IMG/VR virus record: IMGVR_UViG_3300022187_000019
From: a virus
Taxonomy: Duplodnaviria > Heunggongvirae > Uroviricota > Caudoviricetes
Length of the DNA: 64,000 nt
Strand: one strand, 5' to 3'
The notes under the pieces are model-generated. The model was not told the DNA's origin. It saw only the letters and a program-made list of their open reading frames with translations, and ran no database searches. The translations under genes were made by a program, and so were the position numbers. Below, one piece after another: positions 25,030 to 34,469 of the stretch. How positions within the stretch are numbered: position 1 is the stretch's first letter; every line of letters starts with the position of its first letter.

Positions 25030-25321
25030 AGGCGGCCTTGGCCTCCTCGAAGGTCATCGGATCGTGAAGGCCGAGGGTGGTGCCGGGCGGGATAGCAATC
25101 CAAGCATGGGCACCGCAGGCGAGCCGGTCGGCGCTGAACACGCAGCGCGAGGGACCATCGACGGAGACCTCGCGGGCATAGATCGGTGTCGAGTTCGGGC
25201 CGTTGGGCTTGAGGGTGTAGACGGGGCGGTTGCCTCCGTCCTTGGCGTTCATGGCGATGAACTGGCGGTTGACGTGGAGGATGGCACCTAGCGGGCCGGG
25301 TGAGAGCAATTCGAAGCTCAT
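25028..25321 (-). CDS. hypothetical protein
   Basis: 97 aa. Confidence 0.45.
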   Translation of the reverse strand: MSFELLSPGPLGAILHVNRQFIAMNAKDGGNRPVYTLKPNGPNSTPIYAREVSVDGPSRCVFSADRLACGAHAWIAIPPGTTLGLHDPMTFEEAKAA

Positions 25322-25545
25322 GCGTCGCGTCCCGGCTGGAGGTTGCGGATGTGGTGCTGGACGATCGATCCCCGGACGATGTCGATCTTGAAGTCCTCGT
25401 CGGCCGCCCGGTCGATGGCGTCAGCCACCATCCGGTAGTGGGCCGCCCGGCGGCGCATGATGGAGACCATATCCTCGATCGAGCGCTCGTCCCAATCCAG
25501 ATAGCCCTCCCCGGACGGCAGACCGGGGAGGAGGATGCGGGTCAT
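25318..25545 (-). CDS. hypothetical small protein
   Basis: about 75 aa after trimming a spurious N-terminal extension. Confidence 0.3.
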   Translation of the reverse strand: MTRILLPGLPSGEGYLDWDERSIEDMVSIMRRRAAHYRMVADAIDRAADEDFKIDIVRGSIVQHHIRNLQPGRDA

Positions 25546-25553
25546 CTTGGCGC

Positions 25554-26162
25554 TCACGCGGCTTCTGCCAGCCGGGGCGCTGTCAGGCGGCGGCGAGCTT
25601 CGACCACGGCCAGCGCCTGAGCCTTGGCGTCGTCGAGGGCGTTGTGGGCGGTGCCGAAGCTGGGGATGCCCGTCTTGGGGTCCATACCGGCCGCTTCGAG
25701 AAAGGTCCGCAGGTCGCGCGGTGCCCGGTAGAGCCATGGTGCCTTGAGGTAGGACTTGCCCCACTGCTTCTCCGCTTTCACGAGGCGGTAGGCGGCGGCC
25801 AGAAGCTGCTCGTCGAAGTGAGGCCCGTGCGCCCAGAAGCGGGTGTAGTCGAAGCTCTCGTGCTTGCGCCACCAGTCATCCAGCATCCCCAGCGCTTCGC
25901 CTATGCTAACCGGGTTGGTGAAAGCGTTCTGTGCTTCCTCCGACTGCTGCGACCACCACTTGATGGTGTCAGCAGAGCGGGTCAGCTTGCCGAACGGCCA
26001 CCACCACCGCTTTATGAGATACCAAGGCGTCTTGATCGCGACATAGAACTCGTCGATGAACTCGCCCGTCTCGATGTCGAAGATGACCGCGCCGATGCTG
26101 CGGAGATCGGAACCGGGGATCAGGTCCCACGTCTCCAGATCGACCATCGCGTTCTTCGCCAT
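25554..26162 (-). CDS. DEDD-family 3'-5' exonuclease (DnaQ/RNase T-like)
   Basis: about 203 aa from MAKNAMVDLETWDL; H-x4-D motif HNALDDA; RBS AGGAAGGAA. Confidence 0.65.
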   Translation of the reverse strand: MAKNAMVDLETWDLIPGSDLRSIGAVIFDIETGEFIDEFYVAIKTPWYLIKRWWWPFGKLTRSADTIKWWSQQSEEAQNAFTNPVSIGEALGMLDDWWRKHESFDYTRFWAHGPHFDEQLLAAAYRLVKAEKQWGKSYLKAPWLYRAPRDLRTFLEAAGMDPKTGIPSFGTAHNALDDAKAQALAVVEARRRLTAPRLAEAA

Positions 26163-26398
26163 TAGATTCCTTCCTGTAGCATGGCGGCCAGATGCTGCTG
26201 GCCGTCGGGTTTGAGGTAAGCCATCCCAATCACCCACCCTACCCAGCCCTCTTCTATGAGGCGGCAGTATTGGCTGTAGAATGCCTTGTGGTGAAAACCG
26301 GGGTGCTCAGCCATCTGGAGGAGCCGCCGGGTGCGGAGCGGGGACAAGCGGACCACACGGAGTCCATATTCGTCCCGGACGACGGGGCTATGCGACAT
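26162..26398 (-). CDS. hypothetical small protein
   Basis: 78 aa, coupled to the upstream ATPase. Confidence 0.35.
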   Translation of the reverse strand: MSHSPVVRDEYGLRVVRLSPLRTRRLLQMAEHPGFHHKAFYSQYCRLIEEGWVGWVIGMAYLKPDGQQHLAAMLQEGI

Positions 26399-27608
26399 CC
26401 AGCAGGATCGCGCGCATCTGTGCCCCGGTCATCTCCACGTCATTTGCGACGAGGAACTGGTTAGGGTCCTTGCCGAACAGGCGGGCCATGCGGACGAAAT
26501 CGTCATAGCCCAGCTTGCCAAGCTCGATCAGGTGATCGAAGCGGCCGGGGCGGCGCAGGGCCGGGTCCAGCCGGTCGAGGTGGTTGGTGGTGGCGATGAC
26601 GACGAGACCGTCCGGGCACAGGATGCCGTCCAGCGAGTTCAACAGCACAGACAGGCTCACAGGGCTGCTGGAGGCGGTTACCGCCGCGTCCTGCTCCTTC
26701 GCCTTGTCTTTCTTCTTCTTGCCCTTCTCAGCGCCTCCCTCGGCCCTGTTGACCATCACGCCGGTTGCGTCGATGTCCTCCAGCACCAGTAGCGCCTTCG
26801 ACCAATCACGCGTCCCGGCCAGCAGGCTCGTGAGGCAGGAGTCGTCGGTGACCGACCCCAGATTGAGATAATAGATCGACCGCTGGAGTTCGGAGGCGAC
26901 GGCATGGATCAGGCTCGACTTACCACAGCCCGGTTCGCCATGCAGGAGGATGCCGATGTGATGGGGCAGGCCGAGGCGGTGATGCTCATCCTTCTTGGCC
27001 TCGAAGGCGCGGACGGCGTCCACCACATGCTGCCCGGCGTCGTCCGCCGTGAACACGCTCTCGATCGAACGCAGGGGCAGCTTGCCGGTGCGATCCCAAT
27101 AGGACGAAGTGTTGGTGTAGATTGGGACGTGCTTGAACACGGCCGACCCGGCGCTGGTGATCTTGACCAGTTCGTCGATGAAATCCCGGACGACGGCCTT
27201 GTCGCGAGTGATGAAGGTCACGACCAGCGTTTCCTTGAACGTCCCCGCCCGGTTGCTCTCGTCGAGGGATCGCTCCACTTCGATCAGGGTGCCACGGAAG
27301 CGCCCGGCGTGGTTGCCGTAGCCGATCGCCAGCGTCTGGTTCTCGGTGGTTTCCTCGCCGTCCCGCCAGCGGCTGTCCGCCGAATAGGTGAAGGACCGGC
27401 TCCGCTCGGTGTCGAGCAGATGATCGGTGATGTAGCGCGTGATGGCGGCATAGTCAGGCATGTCCGAATTGAACCGGACCCGAAGCACCTGCCGCTCCTG
27501 ATATGCCTCGTAGAGCTTGGTGATGAGCGCCGCGCCACCGGACAGGATCGCGCCGTGGAGGGCGCTGTTGTGCTTGAGTTGATGCGTGATGGACTTGCGG
27601 ATGCTCAT
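26388..27608 (-). CDS. AAA+ ATPase, Bcs1-like
   Basis: 406 aa; Walker A GEPGCGKSS, Walker B LLVLEDID, RRPGRFD. Confidence 0.85.
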   Translation of the reverse strand: MSIRKSITHQLKHNSALHGAILSGGAALITKLYEAYQERQVLRVRFNSDMPDYAAITRYITDHLLDTERSRSFTYSADSRWRDGEETTENQTLAIGYGNHAGRFRGTLIEVERSLDESNRAGTFKETLVVTFITRDKAVVRDFIDELVKITSAGSAVFKHVPIYTNTSSYWDRTGKLPLRSIESVFTADDAGQHVVDAVRAFEAKKDEHHRLGLPHHIGILLHGEPGCGKSSLIHAVASELQRSIYYLNLGSVTDDSCLTSLLAGTRDWSKALLVLEDIDATGVMVNRAEGGAEKGKKKKDKAKEQDAAVTASSSPVSLSVLLNSLDGILCPDGLVVIATTNHLDRLDPALRRPGRFDHLIELGKLGYDDFVRMARLFGKDPNQFLVANDVEMTGAQMRAILLDVA

Positions 27609-27609
27609 G

Positions 27610-27858
27610 TTATTCCCAGCCCGCCGCGACGGCGAAAAGAAAGGGTTCAGGGTCGGCAGGGCGACGGCATTCGTGCGCCACCCACTCGTAATCCCGGCCG
27701 ATGATGCGGTGGAATTCCCATCCGCTCATGTCCTCCGGCGTCAGGCCACCCCGGCAGCGGAAGGGGTTGCCGTGATCGAAAAGCTGCATGTAGGCCGGGA
27801 CCTCGCGGAGGCCGTCCGGGAACATGACCTTGACGGTCGCTTGGTTTCTCATCCCCAT
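27610..27858 (-). CDS. hypothetical small protein
   Basis: 82 aa, RBS GAAGAGG. Confidence 0.4.
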   Translation of the reverse strand: MGMRNQATVKVMFPDGLREVPAYMQLFDHGNPFRCRGGLTPEDMSGWEFHRIIGRDYEWVAHECRRPADPEPFLFAVAAGWE

Positions 27859-28319
27859 TTGGAAGCCTCTTCGAAGGGATCGATCTCAGGGGTAAGGAAC
27901 ACGCGTTCGATCCCCAGCTTGCGTGCTGTTCGTGCGCAGTGGGTCGTGCCCACGCCACCGGGAAACACTCCCAGATAGTCCGGCTGGAAGTCCTCCAGCA
28001 TGGCGGTGTTGCGGATGGAGCCGGCGGCGGTGCCGAACCGATCCCAATCGGCGACGTAGCGAGTCCACGCCACGTTCTTGGCGATCGCCCATTCCAGCAC
28101 CAAGGCATCCACGCCGGTGGCGCAGCCGATTCCGATCTCGGCGATCGCCCCTACCTCGGCATAGCCGTTCAGTTCGTAGAGGTTGCGCCAGACCCAATCC
28201 TTGTCGGTGAAATCCCGGCCGCCGGTGAAGCAGCAGCGGTATAAGGCGTTCGGGTCTGGCTCCAGTTCACTCACTTCGACGCACAGAACGCCGGGCAGAT
28301 TACTCGTTATTGGAACCAT
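27849..28319 (-). CDS. DUF2493 / SLOG-family Rossmann protein
   Basis: 156 aa; TGGRDFTDKDWVW...GCATGVDALVLEWA...GGVGTTHCA. Confidence 0.6.
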   Translation of the reverse strand: MVPITSNLPGVLCVEVSELEPDPNALYRCCFTGGRDFTDKDWVWRNLYELNGYAEVGAIAEIGIGCATGVDALVLEWAIAKNVAWTRYVADWDRFGTAAGSIRNTAMLEDFQPDYLGVFPGGVGTTHCARTARKLGIERVFLTPEIDPFEEASKWG

Positions 28320-28440
28320 CGGATCAGAGTCTCACCGAACAAAGCACAGGCTGTCGCAAGGATGAGGAACGAGCCGGGATCAGGAAGTGGCGGCGGTGTG
28401 CCGGTAACGCCGGCCAGCGCAGCGATCGTCTTGGACGCGA

Positions 28441-28785
28441 TCACGGGCTGACCCACCGGGTCTGGCGGATGACAGGCACGAAGCGCGGCCCCAGCCGGGT
28501 GACCGAGCCATCGTGGTAGCTCACGGCTTCGGTGAACTCATGCGCAGGACGCGCGAAGACCACTTCGGAGGACGGGGCCTCGCCGAAGGTCAGGAGTTCA
28601 AGGTCATCACATTCGGCCGGGCGATAGCACACCGCCGCCTCCCCGCTCGCCTCAAGCGTAACGTGGCCGGTCACCTCGTAGACCTTGCCCGACGACTGGT
28701 GCCGCCAGTGGGAGCCTACAGGGAATTGGCAAGACGCCGCTCGCTGATGTCCAGAAAGCATCTTGAGGGTCGGGCGGGTGGACAT
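28441..28785 (-). CDS. DUF1653-like protein
   Basis: start chosen at the second ATG, which has GGAGAA upstream. Confidence 0.5.
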   Translation of the reverse strand: MSTRPTLKMLSGHQRAASCQFPVGSHWRHQSSGKVYEVTGHVTLEASGEAAVCYRPAECDDLELLTFGEAPSSEVVFARPAHEFTEAVSYHDGSVTRLGPRFVPVIRQTRWVSP

Positions 28786-28843
28786 GACATTCTCCATATT
28801 GAAAATGATCGTTATGTCAAGTCAAAATGTCGGTCGTGACGCT

Positions 28844-29128
28844 TTAACGTGACGGCGGTTTGGGCAGTTCCGGCTCCGGCTTGTCAGCACGGGCTGACAG
28901 GCGGCACCACTTCGTGCAGGGGTTCTCGCGGCCGAGCCGGCATTCGTCGCCCGAACAGATGGGCGGCAGGTCCGGCTGGCCGATGAGGACTTCGGCCTGT
29001 GGCGCTGCGGGCGCTGGGCGTGATGGCTTGCTGCCCACCCAGCGTCCGAATGCCCCGGCCGTCCCTTCCGTCCGATACCGGGGCAACCGGTAGATCGGCA
29101 GACGAGAGTTCGGATCGGCGTCAGGCAC
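28844..29128 (-). CDS. questionable Cys-containing ORF
   Basis: competing + strand ORF; weak. Confidence 0.2.
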   Translation of the reverse strand: MPDADPNSRLPIYRLPRYRTEGTAGAFGRWVGSKPSRPAPAAPQAEVLIGQPDLPPICSGDECRLGRENPCTKWCRLSARADKPEPELPKPPSR

Positions 29129-29336
29129 TCCGAATTTCCACGACCTTGACCTTGTTGAGCAGGTCGATCGTCAGGTCGAGGGCTTCGATCTCGCGATCAC
29201 GCTGCTCACACTCAGCATTGAGTGCTTTGGTCAGGCGATCGCCGAAGTTCTTTCGCATGACTTCATTACGCTGCGAAAGGGCGATGTGCTGTTCACGCAA
29301 AAGGCGAACTGCAAGGTTACGCTGGTTTTCAGTCAC
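29121..29336 (-). CDS. hypothetical small protein
   Basis: GTG start, GGAG. Confidence 0.4.
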   Translation of the reverse strand: MTENQRNLAVRLLREQHIALSQRNEVMRKNFGDRLTKALNAECEQRDREIEALDLTIDLLNKVKVVEIRSA

Positions 29337-29580
29337 TACGACTCCGATTTCTTTGTTCAGTGATTCTGGTAACTGTGTTAAGTCAGAATGTCAATGGCCG
29401 GATCGCCTTATCGTGCGATCCTATATTCCCAACGACCAGCGACGCGGCGTCGCTCGACGGTTTCGAGCCACATGATGGCGGTGATCTCCAGCGCTTCGTC
29501 GCGGATCAGACGCGGATACCAGACATACCACGGAGTCCACGGGGCTTCGAATGCCCAAGGGCTTTTACGTTCGACCAAGC

Positions 29581-30105
29581 TCAGCGGGCCTCCTTCAACG
29601 ATTCGATCCAGCGCATGTCGTAGTCGATATGCCCCTTCGGGAGGTAGGGTTCGATCAACTTCGTCTGGTCGTAATTGAGGAAGGGCTGCTTGACCGCATA
29701 GTCAGGCATGTGCTCCGGCTTGGGCTTGCCGAAATACGCCTCATACCCGTTCGAGGTGAGGATGCTGGTCTCCGTGATGGGGACGCCCATCTCGGTGATG
29801 AAGATCGCGAGGCCGGGTTCGTCGGTCGGTCCGGTCATCCAACTCCAGACCGGCTTGCCGGGCACGACTCGGAAGTGCGGCATGACCAGCTTGACGATCT
29901 GGTTGTCGATGACGTTGCTACCACGGGTGTAGAGGACGCCTTCCTCGATCCGTTCGTTGATCCATGTCCCCACCAAGGCGGCGTGCGGGTTGTCGAGCGT
30001 GCCGGGTGCCCATTCGATGGCGGTGCTGCGGGCGAAGGCGACGGTAGGCAGCAAGGCCCCCACGGCGGCGACGCCGATGCTGGCGAGAATTTCGCGGCGG
30101 TTCAT
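29581..30105 (-). CDS. Tat-signal secreted protein, unknown function
   Basis: MNRREILASIGVAAVGALLPTVAFA; RBS AAGGAGAC. Confidence 0.55.
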   Translation of the reverse strand: MNRREILASIGVAAVGALLPTVAFARSTAIEWAPGTLDNPHAALVGTWINERIEEGVLYTRGSNVIDNQIVKLVMPHFRVVPGKPVWSWMTGPTDEPGLAIFITEMGVPITETSILTSNGYEAYFGKPKPEHMPDYAVKQPFLNYDQTKLIEPYLPKGHIDYDMRWIESLKEAR

Positions 30106-30116
30106 GATGGGTCTCC

Positions 30117-30686
30117 TTATCGGCGGAGGATGTTCACGAAGTTCGTGGCATCGGTGTGATGGATGCGGCCATCCGATTGGCGGCCGGTGGCGGGGATGTT
30201 GGCGTCCAGCCATGTGCGGATCAGGTCGTGATCGACGAAGGTGCTGGTGCCATAATAGAAGAGGAGCTTCTGTCCATCGACGACGGCGGTGGTCAGACTG
30301 ACCCAGCACTCGCGTCCGTCATAGGTGCCGACGCAGGTCCGAAGCCCGACAGTGTTGGCTACCCACGAGTAACGGATGCGCTTACCGCTGTCGAAGAACT
30401 TGGTCGCTTCCTCAGCGAAGCGTTCCCACAATGCGTGGTAGGCGTAGTCGTCCGCATCCACCGCGCCGGTGACGCCCTCAAGGAACTCGACCATCTGTGA
30501 GTCGGTTTCCGCGCCAACCTGCCGTGGCGTGCGCCGGGCGACGATCTGATCGAGCGCCTTGACGATCGATTTGGTGTCGTCGAGGAGTTCGGTGAAATCC
30601 TGTTCGGTCGCGTCGCGGTTCTGGAGCCAATGGATGTCAGCCCAAGCTGCCTTGATGCGGGTCTGGAGTGCGAGAAGGTCTTTCAT
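30117..30686 (-). CDS. hypothetical protein
   Basis: 189 aa. Confidence 0.5.
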   Translation of the reverse strand: MKDLLALQTRIKAAWADIHWLQNRDATEQDFTELLDDTKSIVKALDQIVARRTPRQVGAETDSQMVEFLEGVTGAVDADDYAYHALWERFAEEATKFFDSGKRIRYSWVANTVGLRTCVGTYDGRECWVSLTTAVVDGQKLLFYYGTSTFVDHDLIRTWLDANIPATGRQSDGRIHHTDATNFVNILRR

Positions 30687-31042
30687 GCGTGTGCGCCCTC
30701 CCCGGTCAGGCCGGCAGCGTCGGCAACAGCAAGGATCACGTCCGCGCGGTCCATGTAGAAATTCCAGTGCAGATATTCTTGCAGGCGCTTGCGAGGAGAC
30801 ATCGCCTTGATGTCTTCGACCGTATGGTCGCGCTCCAGCAGTGCGTGGATCAGATCGTGGTGGTCGATGCCGGTCTCGATCATGGCTTCCCGCACCAGAT
30901 AGCCGGCGGTGTTGTAATAGCGCACGGTCGGCTTTTCCTTCATGGGCGGCAAGCCCTGACGGCCCCGGCGCGGCATCGGGCGAAGGATGGTGGCGTCGGA
31001 CGCTGCGGCGCGGTCTACGGCAACCTGAGATGAAGCAAGCAT
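30683..31042 (-). CDS. hypothetical protein
   Basis: 119 aa. Confidence 0.45.
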   Translation of the reverse strand: MLASSQVAVDRAAASDATILRPMPRRGRQGLPPMKEKPTVRYYNTAGYLVREAMIETGIDHHDLIHALLERDHTVEDIKAMSPRKRLQEYLHWNFYMDRADVILAVADAAGLTGEGAHA

Positions 31043-31128
31043 TCTGTGTCTGTCTCCTTATTCTGTCTGTGACTTCATCTAGGATGATTCGACTGCCCGG
31101 TCAACCGATTCGTTCACCACTTAATCTA

Positions 31129-31452
31129 CTAATCGTCTGCGTAGGCGATCCGGTAGTCGCGCGCCTCCGGCGGCGTGTCCCACATGTCCTCCGAATAGAG
31201 TTCATTGGCGTTGCCATGCTTCACGACGATCTGGTCGTTGGCCTTGGCGATCCGCAGGCCCTCTTCCCGATCGACAAAGCGCCCGTGGGTGGTGAGGAAC
31301 CCCTGCTTCGCTTCGCCGCCGGTCTTCTTCCCGTCCACGAACAGCCGCGTCCACATGACATGGTGGTGGCGGGCGGGCGCGGGCAGCGCAAGAGTCCCGA
31401 TGTCGGGATACTTGATCGCGACGCAGGCGATTTCTTCGGGCATATCCTTCAT
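31129..31452 (-). CDS. hypothetical protein
   Basis: RBS GAGGAAGG, ATGA coupling. Confidence 0.45.
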   Translation of the reverse strand: MKDMPEEIACVAIKYPDIGTLALPAPARHHHVMWTRLFVDGKKTGGEAKQGFLTTHGRFVDREEGLRIAKANDQIVVKHGNANELYSEDMWDTPPEARDYRIAYADD

Positions 31453-31841
31453 ACGTTCACGCCTTCCTCGATCTCGGACCGGCGCTCTTCGATCACCTTC
31501 TGCAAGGTGTTGAGGCGATAAGCCTCGCCGGCCGGGATGTCCCAGATGAACTCCTCCCATGCGATCTGGGCGTCGTTGCGTGCGGCCCGGTCAGGCTTGG
31601 CTACCGGTTTGGGTGCCGGAGGAGCGACAGGTGCGGGGGGAATGTCCTGTGGCTCCTCCAGCGATGCGTCAGGGACGGCACCTGAGTGCGCCTGTCGCAT
31701 CAACTCGTTGAGGCGATTCATGATCGCCTCCTTGGTCAGATCAACTTCGACCGTCTCGAACTTCGGATCGATCCGCTTGGCGTCCGCTTGGAGGTGGACG
31801 TATTGCGGGCCGTCGGTAGTCTGGCAGAGGTAGAATTTCAA
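31449..31841 (-). CDS. hypothetical protein
   Basis: 130 aa. Confidence 0.5.
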   Translation of the reverse strand: MKFYLCQTTDGPQYVHLQADAKRIDPKFETVEVDLTKEAIMNRLNELMRQAHSGAVPDASLEEPQDIPPAPVAPPAPKPVAKPDRAARNDAQIAWEEFIWDIPAGEAYRLNTLQKVIEERRSEIEEGVNV

Positions 31842-32080
31842 GGTTCGTTGCCCTCGTTTTCCATGATCGCGATGAAGTCCTCGGCTTTCATACCGGAGGC
31901 GAGGCCGCCACCTCCGAGAACGGAGTCAATGATGCTGTCAGCGTCCAGATCGGAAGGGGTGGTTCCGAAGTGGGATAGGCAGAACGCATCCAGCGCGGAG
32001 ACCGCCTTGAAGTGTTCGCTGGTTGCCTCGGCCGCCCGGTCAATCAGGCGTTGAAGGCGTTCCTTGTCCCGCTTATTCAT
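31838..32080 (-). CDS. hypothetical protein
   Basis: 80 aa. Confidence 0.45.
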   Translation of the reverse strand: MNKRDKERLQRLIDRAAEATSEHFKAVSALDAFCLSHFGTTPSDLDADSIIDSVLGGGGLASGMKAEDFIAIMENEGNEP

Positions 32081-32718
32081 GCTGCCTGCACGCCTTTCAC
32101 GTTGAAAGCGATGCGGAAATCCTCAATCGGGATGATCCGCTGCTCGTCGCCGTCCTGCACGAGGACGCAGTTGGATTTCTCGTCCGCGTAGGGCACCGCC
32201 TCAGTGTAGGCCCGGCCCGGCTTGCGATACTCCTCCGGCGTGGAACGCGAGGTCAGGCCGTCATACCAGACCAGCGCCGTTACCGGCCGGCCCTGATAGG
32301 TGCCCTCATTCGTCAGCGCCTGACTCGTATAGGCGACACCAGCGTCGTCACCGATCTCGGCGTCCGGCTTGATCAGGTCGAAAAGCTTCTCTTCCCGATA
32401 GCTCAGGATGGCTTCTCGGACCCGTCGGGCGTCCTCCGCCGAAATCCATTCTACGTTGGTGCTGGACTTGCGCGCCGTCTGCATGGAACAGCCGACCGGT
32501 TCGCCATCGAAATAGATGGCGTTGAGGCCGACGTGCGTGTCGGTGCAGAGCCAGTTGAAGATCGGGTAGGACTGGAGGCGCGTCTGGAGTTCTTCCGGCT
32601 CGTTCCAGTCATAGTCGATGCCCAGCGCCTCGCAGATTTCCTCCAGCGGCGCGGAGTGACGCCACCGATCCGGCTCGGCCGGGCGGGTGACATTGCGGAT
32701 CGCGTCGATCAGTTTCAT
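32077..32718 (-). CDS. hypothetical protein
   Basis: about 214 aa from MKLIDAIRNV; RBS GAGGAGGG. Confidence 0.55.
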   Translation of the reverse strand: MKLIDAIRNVTRPAEPDRWRHSAPLEEICEALGIDYDWNEPEELQTRLQSYPIFNWLCTDTHVGLNAIYFDGEPVGCSMQTARKSSTNVEWISAEDARRVREAILSYREEKLFDLIKPDAEIGDDAGVAYTSQALTNEGTYQGRPVTALVWYDGLTSRSTPEEYRKPGRAYTEAVPYADEKSNCVLVQDGDEQRIIPIEDFRIAFNVKGVQAA

Positions 32719-32978
32719 GCTTCGCCCTCCTCTTCGATGCGTTCGATGTTGCGCCGCTCGGCGTGATAAGTCGGCGGCGAGACCGCCTCGAAATAATAGT
32801 CCGGGTTGCGCCGGGCGACGGTCTCCGCCTTCTCGGCGGCCTCTTCCTCCGTCTCGGCCCGGACCTCGAAATCGACATAGTTGCAGTCGTCGTGGCTGCT
32901 GATCACCCGGACGTGCCACAGTTCGCCCTCACCAGCGGCAAGGAAGTCGTCGTCATCCTTATAGCTGAACTCGGTCAT
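32715..32978 (-). CDS. hypothetical acidic protein
   Basis: 87 aa. Confidence 0.5.
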   Translation of the reverse strand: MTEFSYKDDDDFLAAGEGELWHVRVISSHDDCNYVDFEVRAETEEEAAEKAETVARRNPDYYFEAVSPPTYHAERRNIERIEEEGEA

Positions 32979-32979
32979 G

Positions 32980-33342
32980 TCAGTCCTCGCTCGGATAGAA
33001 GGTCAGGTCGAAGCTGTAATAGGGTTCGACGAGCTTGCCGGTGGTGGAGCCGATCTCCATGCTCGCGGGGATCGCCCACTGGAACGGGCCGCTCTCCCAA
33101 CACACGATCCAGACGCCCGGCTGGCCGCCGAGGAAGTCGCCGGATTCTTCCGGGGTCTTCATGAAGACCTCGTAATCGGGGTTCTGACCGTAGGCGACGC
33201 AGGTGTCGCAGCAGACCTTGTAGGCCGCCTTCGCCATGGTCTCCGCCGTCTTGACCGGCAGCGCACCCAGCGTGAGCGCGAGGGTCGTGATGAAGTTGTT
33301 GGCGAAGTCCCGTTCAGCGCGTTCGATCGAGTCGAAATCCAT
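32980..33342 (-). CDS. hypothetical protein
   Basis: 120 aa, conserved leader. Confidence 0.55.
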   Translation of the reverse strand: MDFDSIERAERDFANNFITTLALTLGALPVKTAETMAKAAYKVCCDTCVAYGQNPDYEVFMKTPEESGDFLGGQPGVWIVCWESGPFQWAIPASMEIGSTTGKLVEPYYSFDLTFYPSED

Positions 33343-33410
33343 GGTCTGTCTCCTGAGTCGTTGTTGGTGACACCGAACTAGGACGATTCTTCCGGTTCGT
33401 CAACAGTCAT
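33343..33410 (-). promoter_or_regulatory. conserved promoter+leader module
   Basis: TTGACG-AACCGGAAGAATCGTCC-TAGTTC...CAACAACGACTCAGGAGACAGACC-ATG. Confidence 0.6.
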
Positions 33411-33773
33411 GTGTAAATGTCTGTCGCGGATACGCCAAAGCTCGGTGGCCTGACAGACGCCGCCGCGCCGGCCGAAGCGATCGGCCAGCCCGGTCGCCGC
33501 CAGAAGCACCGGTATCAGGTCCGGGTTCTCGGCGATATACTCGTCCCACAGCGCGGCGTAGAGCGCCCGCACCTCCCGGCCGTTGACCGGGCGCAGTCCC
33601 TTCGCCTCCTTGATGGAGAGGCCCGTGGAGCCGCAGGAGAAGACCTTGGCTCCTTGGTATAGCTGCTCGATCGTTTGCCCTTCCCTGCCCCTCAGACGGG
33701 CGTAGAATGCACTGAACCGACGGTCGCCGGCACTTGAGCATTCGAGGAAGGGAGGCTTGCCGTGGTAGATCAA
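33378..33773 (-). CDS. hypothetical protein (TTG start)
   Basis: 131 aa; upstream region disrupted by the endonuclease insertion. Confidence 0.4.
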   Translation of the reverse strand: MIYHGKPPFLECSSAGDRRFSAFYARLRGREGQTIEQLYQGAKVFSCGSTGLSIKEAKGLRPVNGREVRALYAALWDEYIAENPDLIPVLLAATGLADRFGRRGGVCQATELWRIRDRHLHMTVDEPEESS

Positions 33774-33827
33774 TCAAATGGTCCCTATTACCTAGCTTTA
33801 CCGGAAACTATGTGATATACTAATTAC

Positions 33828-34469
33828 ATGGCCGAAGCACTTCCTTATGTCTACATACTGGTTCACCGGGACACTCGCCATTTCTACTTTGGTTACCGCG
33901 AGTCGAACAAAAACAACGCGAGCGACGATCTGGGTGTCTATCAATCGTCATCGAAGAAGGTCAAAGACATGGGGTATGCTAGTTTCCATGCCTATGTCGT
34001 CCGAGAATTTGAAACACCGTTAGAGGCTTACGATTATGAGCAGCGCCTCATTGAAGCCAACTTTGACAATCCGTTGATCCTGAACCAGCAATATCGAAGA
34101 GAAGGGGACGCACGGTTTAAGACGCCTCCTAGGCTGACCCCTGAGTGGCGTAGCCGGATAAGAGAATCATCCTACCGGCGTAGCCCAATATCTGAGGAAA
34201 CGAGAGACAAGCTCCGGCGGGCCAAACTAGGGAAGACGCGCGGCAAGGAGGACCCAAAACGAACCGCGAAAAGAGTCTCAGCTATCCTAGATACTTTTGA
34301 CCATGTCTGGGAGGTAACGACTCCTAATGGAGAGGTCGTAGAAGTAAGAAGCCTTAATGCTTACTGCGTCGAAAATAACCTAGGGATGGGCCATATGAGT
34401 TCCGTAGCTAGTGGTAAAAGGAAGCACCATAAGGGCTACTCGGTCAGGAAGCTATCTTCACCTTCCTAG
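33828..34469 (+). mobile_element. free-standing GIY-YIG homing endonuclease gene
   Basis: 213 aa; YVYILVH...YFGY; + strand island inside a − strand block; visibly lower GC; extended -10 TGTGATATACT upstream. Confidence 0.75.

Noticed and set aside
33378-33773. NADAR/YbiA-like call for this protein
   Set aside because: Only vague motif resemblance; left as hypothetical.
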